The translations under genes were made by a program, and so were the position numbers. From a virus (taxonomy: Duplodnaviria; Heunggongvirae; Uroviricota; Caudoviricetes), in IMG/VR virus record IMGVR_UViG_3300006143_000275: a DNA stretch of 64,000 nucleotides. One strand, written 5' to 3'. Positions 20,441 through 27,641 of this stretch are shown piece by piece (the stretch's first letter is position 1; each line of letters starts with the position of its first letter). Under the pieces are notes generated by a model. It had not been told where the DNA came from and made no database searches. It saw nothing but the letters and a program-made list of their open reading frames with translations.

Positions 20441-20540
20441 AAATCGAATCATTCCTATTTTTAGTAAAGCAAACAAGAAGCGCATTTTATGTGCGCTACG
20501 GGATTGCCTACGCAGCAGTCGCTGGTTCATTTATTGTGCC

Positions 20541-20682
20541 GTCGCGGATAACTGGAACTATAACGCTTCCAACCCGTGCCTGCACTGTGGGGGTAACTAC
20601 AACCAGAACCAGAACCACGGGTTGTTCTACGTGAACTACAACAGTGCGTCGAACACGAACTCGAACATCGGCTGCCGCATCC
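20541..20682 (+). repeat. DGR template region (TR)
   Basis: Non-coding AAC-rich copy of VR (13 AAC codons in the VR frame), ending GGCTGCCGC before the IMH* divergence. Confidence 0.96.
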
Positions 20683-20922
20683 TTGTTTTTCGCTGGGCCT
20701 CACCAGAGGTTCCGGGCGAGTGCGTGGTTAGCATTATTTTTGGTAGATCGGGCTCCTCACCCTTTCTATAAGGGCTGTGGTGCGTATTTCGCACTACACC
20801 CTTGGCGCGGGCAATCGCGTGCCCCTTGGCAAAGATTAACCGATAGGACATGGGTTAGTACCCTCTGAGAAACCGGAGCGTGGGAAAGCTCATGAGGTTA
20901 CAAGGAGGTACTGTAACAACCT
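20683..20922 (+). ncRNA. Probable structured DGR-RNA spacer (Sp) between TR and RT
   Basis: 240-nt non-coding interval with several stem-loops and the segment CCCTTGGCAAAGATT...GGTTAGTA, which resembles DGR spacer motifs. Boundaries are inferred. Confidence 0.5.
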
Positions 20923-22038
20923 ATGAAACGTACAAAAAATCTATACGAGAAACTCATTTCACACGACAACCTGATGCTTGCCCTCGTGGAGGTAAACACG
21001 AGTCACAGGTGGCTGCCGAAACACAGGCCAAACAAAACGGTCGCATGGATTGAACAGGATATGGAGGCGCGTGTAGAGGATCTGCGCCATATCATCGAGC
21101 AGATCGTATATCATAAGCGCCAGCTCTCCAAGCCGAAGCAGAAGCAGCGGTATGATAAGAGCGCCGGAAAATGGCGTATCATCAACGAACCAAAGCTGTG
21201 GCCGGATCAATATATACACCATGCGCTTGTGCAGGTTCTCCAACCAACCATGATGCGTGGAATGGACAGGCATTGCTGTGGTAGTATCCGCAATCGTGGC
21301 ATTCACTACGGAAAGAAGAAAATTGAGAAGTGGATGGACACGGATGTTAGAGGGACCAAATACTGCGAAGAACTCGACATCCATCATTTCTACGACAGCA
21401 TTGATCCAGGGTTCATTTTGATACGGTTGCGCCACCTCATCAAAGATTGGCGCGTATTGAAGGTATGCGAGGAAGTCCTACGGTACGGCGTACTGATTGG
21501 CCTATACACCTCGCAGTGGTTCGCAAATACGCTTCTACAGCCACTCGACCAGCTCATCAGAGACAGCGGATTCTGCACCCACTATCTCAGATACATGGAC
21601 AATTTCACAATCTTTGGAAGTAACAAAAGGAAACTGCACAGGCTGAGAAAGCTAATTGAAGAATGGCTTGCGGGAGTCAATCTCTCTTTGAAAGACAACT
21701 GGCAGGTGTTCCCCACAAGGAGCCGTATGCCATGCGCACTCGGCTACAGGTTCGGCAGAAGGTTCACATTGCTCAAGAAGCGCAATCTGTTCCGTCTAAA
21801 ACGGAAGCTGAACGAGTATTACCGCCGCAAAAGGCAGCACAGAAAAATATCCGCCAGAATGGCGACTGGGCTGATTTCAAGATTGGGTCAGCTCAAACAT
21901 TGCAACAATAAAAACATCTATGAAAAAATCTATCACGGCAAGGTTCAAAAGGAACTGAAACAAGTGATTCGAAATCATATGCGAGAGGAGAGATTAACGT
22001 GGAGTATGTATTTGGAGCAAATGGCTACAGCGGCGTAG
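20923..22038 (+). CDS. DGR reverse transcriptase (YMDN active-site variant)
   Basis: 371 aa, basic. Motif A LDIHHFYDSI, DGR signature IGLYTSQ, catalytic motif RYMDNF (tac atg gac aat ttc). Confidence 0.93.
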   Translation: MKRTKNLYEKLISHDNLMLALVEVNTSHRWLPKHRPNKTVAWIEQDMEARVEDLRHIIEQIVYHKRQLSKPKQKQRYDKSAGKWRIINEPKLWPDQYIHHALVQVLQPTMMRGMDRHCCGSIRNRGIHYGKKKIEKWMDTDVRGTKYCEELDIHHFYDSIDPGFILIRLRHLIKDWRVLKVCEEVLRYGVLIGLYTSQWFANTLLQPLDQLIRDSGFCTHYLRYMDNFTIFGSNKRKLHRLRKLIEEWLAGVNLSLKDNWQVFPTRSRMPCALGYRFGRRFTLLKKRNLFRLKRKLNEYYRRKRQHRKISARMATGLISRLGQLKHCNNKNIYEKIYHGKVQKELKQVIRNHMREERLTWSMYLEQMATAA

Positions 22039-22283
22039 AAACTCTCCGTACCAAAGGGAGCGAGCACACCGATTTTGAGGGGTTCGCGGAGGTGGTACAG
22101 GAATACGATGACAGCACCATCACAGACACCTTCCACGTCATCCAGAAGACAAAATTCGATGAGGATGCGGAAGGCAACTGCTATGATTGGTATGAAATCG
22201 ACCATCACAACCGCATCGTTGATAAGACGAAGCGCATGAAAGCGAATATGGCTGTGCTGGTCGCATCCATTTTGGAGGGCTAA
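21999..22283 (+). CDS. Acidic hypothetical protein overlapping the RT stop by 40 nt
   Basis: 94-aa ORF with SD GGAGAG and a downstream SD for the next gene. Does not resemble the helical, basic Avd. Confidence 0.65.
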   Translation: MEYVFGANGYSGVETLRTKGSEHTDFEGFAEVVQEYDDSTITDTFHVIQKTKFDEDAEGNCYDWYEIDHHNRIVDKTKRMKANMAVLVASILEG

Positions 22284-22286
22284 GAT

Positions 22287-22880
22287 ATGGACAAACAGTA
22301 TATTTCACAGCTTTATCACGATGGCGGACTGACCAATATGGGTGTGCTCCAGGCTATTACTATGGGCTGGATCACCACAGAGGACGCCGTTGATATCCTC
22401 GGTTTAGATAATTCTCTCAGCGTTGTCCGGTCTGCAAAGCTGCTGGAAATCTCCAAAGCCTGCAATACGGTGATTGTATCCGGTGTTGACGTTCAGATCG
22501 GCGACCGTACAGATCACTTCAATCTGGCACTGGAAGACCAGAGCAATATCAACAACCTGTTCCGCGTGGTAGAGTTGGGCGGCACCGCATTCCCCTATCA
22601 GGCGGATGATGGAACCTGTACGGTCTACTCCGCTATGGAGATTGCACAAATCTACATTGCCGCACAAACCCTTATCACAACACAGACTTCATACCACAAC
22701 GCGCTGAAAGCATACGTCCTGTCTCTTAAAGATGAGGATACTATCTCCGCTGTGGTATACGGAATGGATCTGCCGGAGCCCTATGCTTCTGAACTGACCG
22801 GTAAGCTGACCGTAGCACAGGAGCAGATGGCGGCAATCGTTGGGAGGTTGAGCGCAAATGCGGCTTCCGCAACTGATTGA
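22287..22880 (+). CDS. XkdX-like plus DUF4376-like tail fibre assembly protein
   Basis: N-terminal YHDGGLT...AITMGWITTEDAVDILG resembles XkdX. Remainder (AKLLEISKACN...EDQSNI...TTQTSYHNALKAYV) resembles DUF4376. Confidence 0.6.
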   Translation: MDKQYISQLYHDGGLTNMGVLQAITMGWITTEDAVDILGLDNSLSVVRSAKLLEISKACNTVIVSGVDVQIGDRTDHFNLALEDQSNINNLFRVVELGGTAFPYQADDGTCTVYSAMEIAQIYIAAQTLITTQTSYHNALKAYVLSLKDEDTISAVVYGMDLPEPYASELTGKLTVAQEQMAAIVGRLSANAASATD

Positions 22881-23040
22881 TCTTCTGATTGATATCTGCC
22901 GGCGGCAGGCGGATGTGATTCGAGCACAGGCATTTGCACTGAGTCAATATGATGCTGCTGTCTGCGAAGACGAAGCAGAGTGGGCCCGGCGCAAGCTGGA
23001 CGAAATCTGTGATGATTGGGAGCCTGATGCGCCATGGTAG
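22858..23040 (+). CDS. Small hypothetical protein
   Basis: 60-aa ORF overlapping both neighbours, SD GGGAGG upstream. Confidence 0.5.
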   Translation: MRLPQLIDLLIDICRRQADVIRAQAFALSQYDAAVCEDEAEWARRKLDEICDDWEPDAPW

Positions 23041-23483
23041 TCAATAAGAACGGAAAGTGGGTTCTGAGCGTACTCCTTTGGGTATGGACGGGGACGTTCT
23101 ACTTCTTCACTGAGGTTATCTGGAAGACAGCAAACGGGAGACCGGAAACAATCAGTTGGACGATGCTTTTGCTTGCTATTTTCCTTGCCGTACCTCTGGA
23201 GCGATTCGGAGCAGAACTTCCATGGAATATGCCTCTGCTCTTACAATCTGTTATTTGTACCTGTGCTATCACAGCGGCGGAGTTCTGTGCGGGTTGTGTT
23301 CTGAACTTATGGCTTGGCCTTGGTGTCTGGGATTACTCTCACATGCCCGGGAACATTCTCGGTCAAATCTGCCCGCAATTTATCTGCGTGTGGTTTCTTC
23401 TGTCAACTTTTGCAATCGTTATGCTCGACTGGATGAGGTACAGTGTTGAGGGTGGAGAGCGACCACACTACAGATTTGTCTGA
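23034..23483 (+). CDS. CmpB/TMEM229-like (putative ABC-transporter type IV) membrane protein
   Basis: Four hydrophobic segments; motif EFCAGCVLN...VWDYSHMPGNILGQIC. Confidence 0.75.
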   Translation: MVVNKNGKWVLSVLLWVWTGTFYFFTEVIWKTANGRPETISWTMLLLAIFLAVPLERFGAELPWNMPLLLQSVICTCAITAAEFCAGCVLNLWLGLGVWDYSHMPGNILGQICPQFICVWFLLSTFAIVMLDWMRYSVEGGERPHYRFV

Positions 23484-23553
23484 ACATCATATAACGAGGG
23501 CTGTGTCTATTGAGACATTGCCCTCTATCTAAAAACCGAAGGGAGGGATTTCA

Positions 23554-24576
23554 GTGAGCAGGAAAACGAACCGCTGTTTGACGGCGCCACCTGAGAAAAT
23601 CGCACAGATCAACCCGGAAAATATCAGACTGATGAATGATTTCATTATGTATCTGCGCTCCGTGGACAGGTCTGAACAGACTATCGTGGTTTACAAGAAT
23701 GATTTGCTGATTTTCTTCTGCTGGGTCGTAGACAACGCAAACAACAAGTTCTTCACTGATATTTCCAAGCGCGACATCATGGCATTCCAAAATTATGCGC
23801 TGGGACAGGGGTGCTCTGCGAATCGTGTCCGGCACCTGAAGGCCGCGCTTTCTTCACTGTCAAACCTTATCACAAATATTCTGGACGATGAATATCCAGA
23901 CTATCGGCCGGTTGTCCGGAAGATCGAGAACCCAGTCAATGAGCCTGTACGCAAAAAGACCGTTCTGACTAAAGAGCAAATTCAGGGCTGTCTTGACTAT
24001 CTGGTCGAACATAAAAAGTATGAGCAGGCGTGTTTCCTTGCACTGGCGGCGTATTCGGGCCGGCGAAAATCTGAGCTGGGTCGATTCAAAGTCGTGTATT
24101 TCTCTGATGAAAATATCATCTACGGTTCTCTGTATAAGACGCCGGAGAAAATCAAAACCAAAGGACGCGGCAAGAGCGGAAAGATGCTGACATGCTATGT
24201 GCTCGCAAAACCCTTTAAGCCATACCTCGACCTGTGGATGGAAGAGCGCAAGCGGCGCGGCATTGACAGCGAATGGCTGTTTACGGACGTACACGACAAA
24301 ACGCAGCCCATTACAGTATCCCGCATGAACAGCTTCGCCCGTACATTTTCCAGTATCATTGGTGAGGATGTATATCTGCACTCTCTTCGGCACTTTATGA
24401 CGAGTGAACTGGCGAGAGCAAACATCCCGGATTCTGTGATCCAGTCTTTGATTGGATGGGACTCTGCGGATATGGTCGGTGTGTATAAGGACATTGACGC
24501 AGATGAAGAGTTCGGCAAATACTTCAAGGACGGCGAAATTGTCGCACAAAAACAGGCAGGTCTTGGAGACTTGTAA
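23554..24576 (+). CDS. Tyrosine recombinase/integrase family protein
   Basis: SAM-like N-domain. Catalytic residues recognisable: SGRRKSE (R), KTKG (K), HSLRH (HxxR), IGW (W), VYKD (Y). Confidence 0.9.
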   Translation: MSRKTNRCLTAPPEKIAQINPENIRLMNDFIMYLRSVDRSEQTIVVYKNDLLIFFCWVVDNANNKFFTDISKRDIMAFQNYALGQGCSANRVRHLKAALSSLSNLITNILDDEYPDYRPVVRKIENPVNEPVRKKTVLTKEQIQGCLDYLVEHKKYEQACFLALAAYSGRRKSELGRFKVVYFSDENIIYGSLYKTPEKIKTKGRGKSGKMLTCYVLAKPFKPYLDLWMEERKRRGIDSEWLFTDVHDKTQPITVSRMNSFARTFSSIIGEDVYLHSLRHFMTSELARANIPDSVIQSLIGWDSADMVGVYKDIDADEEFGKYFKDGEIVAQKQAGLGDL

Positions 24577-24736
24577 TATGTTGCTTAGCCATAGGCGGGG
24601 TGGGCTGCGGCCCTCCCCTGCACCCCTCCCATAGGGGTTTGAAGGAGGCGGCGACAGATAAGGATAAAAGGACGGGAGTCGGCTGTGCTGGCTCCCTTTG
24701 TATATAAAACCATCGTTTTACCGAGGAGGTGGTTTC

Positions 24737-26173
24737 GTGAACGAAGTTACTATTTGGAAATTTCTGAAAGCGCAAGGGCTGACCGACGCTGGCGCAGCAG
24801 GGCTGATGGGGAATATCTATGCGGAAAGCGGCCTGAACCCAAAGAATCTCCAGAATACATATGAGAAGAAGTTGGGATATACAGATGAAACATACACCGT
24901 CGCCGTGGACAATGGGACGTATACCAACTTCGTCCGAGACAGCGCTGGCTACGGCCTGTGCCAGTGGACATATTGGACTCGGAAACAGGCTTTGTATGCC
25001 TTCTGCAAGGCCATAGGAGCGTCTATCGGCGACCTCAACGCCCAGCTCAGGTTCCTCATGAAAGAGCTCTCAGAGAGCTTTAAGGGCGTACTGGGGGTGC
25101 TTCTGACCACGGCATCCGTGCGAGAGGCATCCGATGCTGTGCTGCTCCAGTTTGAGCGTCCGGCAAAGATGAATGACCCCGCAGTCCAGCAGAAGCGGGC
25201 TGAGTACGGGCAGACCTATTACAACCAGTTCGCCATTGTGGCGGCTGAGAGAGGAGATGACGTGAAGATGAAGTATGCTTCCGCAAATCCACCCATGAAG
25301 TGTTTCATGCGGCAAAGTACCTGGTACAAGGGCGCCGGGAAAACCACCGTCAGAGGCGTACTGTGGCACTCCACTGGTGCAAATAATCCGAACTTGAAGA
25401 GGTATGTCCAGCCGGATGATAATGCGTCAGACAAAGCGCAGATGCTGGCGTTGCTCGGTACGAATAACAGCCGCAACGACTGGAACCACAGCGAGCGGCA
25501 GGCTGGCGTTCATGCCTGGGTCGGTAAGCTCGCCAACGGAGATGTGACCAGTGTTCAGGTGGGAGATTGGGACAAAAAGGCGTGGGGCTGCGGCTCCGGC
25601 AAGAAGGGCTCCTGCAACAACGGCTGGATTCAGTTCGAAATCTGTGAGGACAAGCTGAACGACCCCGCCTACTTTGAGAAGGTGTATCGGGAGGCGGTCG
25701 AACTGACGGCCTACCTGTGCAAACTCTACAACCTCGACCCACAGGGGACGGTTACATACAGCGGAGTCAAGGTTCCCGTTATCCTGTGCCACCAAGACAG
25801 CTACCGGCTTGGGCTCGGCTCGAATCATGGCGATGTTCTGCATTGGCTTCCGAAGTACGGAAAGAGTATGCAGACTGTTCGTGACGATGTCTCTGCACTT
25901 CTGGCGGGGGCAAATACCAATGTAGAGGAGGATGAAGATATGGACGTAGCACGTTTCAAGGAACTCTGGGGCGAGATGCGCAAGGAACTCCAGGACAATG
26001 ATTGCGGGGCATGGAGCAAAGACGCCCGTGAATGGGCTGTATCTACTGGTCTGATTGCCGGTAACGGGACAACCATTAACGGCGAGCCAAATTGTATGTG
26101 GGCCGATGTACTCACCAGAGAGCAGCTTGTTACTGTTCTGTACCGTTTTGCACAAATGATGGGTAAGGTGTAA
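24737..26173 (+). CDS. Endolysin: phage-tail-lysozyme-like domain, Amidase_2 domain and SLH-like C-terminal domain
   Basis: GTG start behind GAGGAGG. Motifs GAAGLMGNIYAESGLNP; VLWHSTG...FEICED...CHQD...HGD; WSKDAREWAVSTGLIAG...LTREQLVTVLYRF. Confidence 0.9.
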   Translation: MNEVTIWKFLKAQGLTDAGAAGLMGNIYAESGLNPKNLQNTYEKKLGYTDETYTVAVDNGTYTNFVRDSAGYGLCQWTYWTRKQALYAFCKAIGASIGDLNAQLRFLMKELSESFKGVLGVLLTTASVREASDAVLLQFERPAKMNDPAVQQKRAEYGQTYYNQFAIVAAERGDDVKMKYASANPPMKCFMRQSTWYKGAGKTTVRGVLWHSTGANNPNLKRYVQPDDNASDKAQMLALLGTNNSRNDWNHSERQAGVHAWVGKLANGDVTSVQVGDWDKKAWGCGSGKKGSCNNGWIQFEICEDKLNDPAYFEKVYREAVELTAYLCKLYNLDPQGTVTYSGVKVPVILCHQDSYRLGLGSNHGDVLHWLPKYGKSMQTVRDDVSALLAGANTNVEEDEDMDVARFKELWGEMRKELQDNDCGAWSKDAREWAVSTGLIAGNGTTINGEPNCMWADVLTREQLVTVLYRFAQMMGKV

Positions 26174-26177
26174 TGCT

Positions 26178-26534
26178 ATGACCATCAAGATTGAGCGTGG
26201 GCAAAAGAAACCCAAGCGGCGCAGAAATAAGCGTCCAGGCATTGGTTTCACTAACCGGCTGGCGCTCTATCTGATGCTGTTTCTGGCAGCAGGGCTTGCA
26301 GGAGGTTTCATCCTCGCCTGGAAAAGCATCGAGTATCAGTATATGGGCGCTCTGGCTTGCTTTACTGTAGTATTCACCCCAGTGGGTACTGCTATTGGTA
26401 TTGTACTGAACAGCATCGTACATAAGAGCGAAACGGAGAACAAAGGTGCTGATGGCGAGGGAATCAAGTATGCTGCCGCGAAAGCAGCGGGATTTTCACA
26501 GGACGACGGGACTGAGGACAGCCCCGCAATTTGA
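26178..26534 (+). CDS. Two-TM membrane protein of the lysis cassette (holin/antiholin candidate)
   Basis: Basic N-terminus, two hydrophobic helices, directly after the endolysin. Confidence 0.55.
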   Translation: MTIKIERGQKKPKRRRNKRPGIGFTNRLALYLMLFLAAGLAGGFILAWKSIEYQYMGALACFTVVFTPVGTAIGIVLNSIVHKSETENKGADGEGIKYAAAKAAGFSQDDGTEDSPAI

Positions 26535-26540
26535 GGAGGA

Positions 26541-26879
26541 ATGACTATGAATATGGAGTGGGCAAAGTTAATTCTTTCTAATCTGACCGGAATTGCTGCT
26601 ATCATCGCTCTGATGATCAGTATGGTAAAGTATGTGCAGCAAATTATTAAGGACAAAAATTGGCCAGAGGTTGTAAAGATGGTCGCTGGATATATGGAAC
26701 AGGCAGAGGACATGTTCGACAATGGAGCAAGTAGGAAAGAATGGGTTATGGCTATGGTTAAGGCTTCACCTGAAGCAGTTAAGTACGGCATCAATATGAG
26801 TGATATTGCTAAACTCATTGATGACCTGTGTAAGATGAGCAAGACGGTTAATGCGCCTACGGAGAAGGCAGGTGAGTAA
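26541..26879 (+). CDS. Holin (LL-H-like)
   Basis: Single N-terminal TM helix followed by YMEQAEDMF...GASRKEWV, typical of LL-H-type holins. Confidence 0.6.
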   Translation: MTMNMEWAKLILSNLTGIAAIIALMISMVKYVQQIIKDKNWPEVVKMVAGYMEQAEDMFDNGASRKEWVMAMVKASPEAVKYGINMSDIAKLIDDLCKMSKTVNAPTEKAGE

Positions 26880-26882
26880 GCT

Positions 26883-27350
26883 ATGAACCTTCAAGATATC
26901 ATGACGAGCAGTGGAGCTCTGCTCGTTCTGATGACACTGATTCAAATCGCGCCGATCAAGGTAAATCCATGGTCTGCAATCGGCCACGGATGCAAAAAGG
27001 TTATGTCTGCAATCGGTTCTGCCCTGCATGGAGATATTATCGGAAAACTCGATAAACTCCAAGAGATGCAGACGGAGACACAAAAACGTCTTGACAACCA
27101 TATTCACACCGACGATGAACGCAACGCTGATTTACATAGGGTGCAGATTCTGCGTTTTAATCGAGAGTTGCTTCAGAATTTGCCTCATACACATGAGGAT
27201 TTCATTGAAGCCCTGCATGAGATTGACTTCTATGAGCGTTATTGCGAGACGCACAAGGAGTACGAAAATAACCGAGCCGTATTGGCTATTGAGAACATCA
27301 AGCGCGCCTATCGTGAGTGGCAGGAACATCACGAAGGACATGAGGCGTAA
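26883..27350 (+). CDS. Lysis-cassette membrane-anchored coiled-coil protein
   Basis: N-terminal hydrophobic LIQIAPIKVNPWS, then RVQILRF...YERYC...YENN, a family often seen beside clostridial phage holins. Confidence 0.6.
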   Translation: MNLQDIMTSSGALLVLMTLIQIAPIKVNPWSAIGHGCKKVMSAIGSALHGDIIGKLDKLQEMQTETQKRLDNHIHTDDERNADLHRVQILRFNRELLQNLPHTHEDFIEALHEIDFYERYCETHKEYENNRAVLAIENIKRAYREWQEHHEGHEA

Positions 27351-27389
27351 CGCCGCACGCCCATACACCAGGGTATGGTATCAAAGTTT

Positions 27390-27429
27390 TAGGAGAGCGT
27401 CCATTTATGGGCTGCTCTCCTATTTTTTT
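27390..27429 (+). terminator. Rho-independent terminator ending the late operon
   Basis: TAGGAGAGC...GCTCTCCTA followed by TTTTTTT. Confidence 0.8.
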
Positions 27430-27545
27430 GCGCAAAAGAAGAAAGCGGAGCTAAGTTGCCGCAGCCCCGCCATGACGTAGATATTCACTTATAACATAGC
27501 CACAATCGTTTATGACTCTCTTGTAAATGAACATCTGGTATGTAT

Positions 27546-27572
27546 TCGTCTCAAATGATTGATTTGAGACGA
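27546..27572. other. Perfect 11-bp inverted repeat, candidate attP core or minus-strand terminator
   Basis: TCGTCTCAAAT-GATTG-ATTTGAGACGA, 70 nt downstream of the serine recombinase stop. Confidence 0.4.
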
Positions 27573-27641
27573 TTATGAAATAGGTAAGATTTCGCTGTAT
27601 GTTGATTGTCCTGCTTTGGCGATACAATCAGACTACAACGC

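Larger units (their letters stand above)
18090..22038 (+). mobile_element. Diversity-generating retroelement cassette (target-VR-hairpins-TR-spacer-RT; no avd in cassette)
   Basis: A 142-nt TR/VR pair differs almost only at TR adenines. VR is at the 3' end of a CLec-fold gene, with a DGR-type RT immediately downstream. Confidence 0.96.

Noticed and set aside
20644-20868. 74-aa plus-strand ORF between TR and RT as a possible avd
   Set aside because: No SD, overlaps the TR 3' end, low-complexity Arg/Thr translation with no helical-bundle pattern; most likely a shadow ORF on the structured spacer.
23484-24736. Shufflon or invertible tail-fibre cassette driven by the tyrosine recombinase
   Set aside because: No repeated inverted crossover sites or alternative C-terminal cassettes in opposite orientation were seen nearby.
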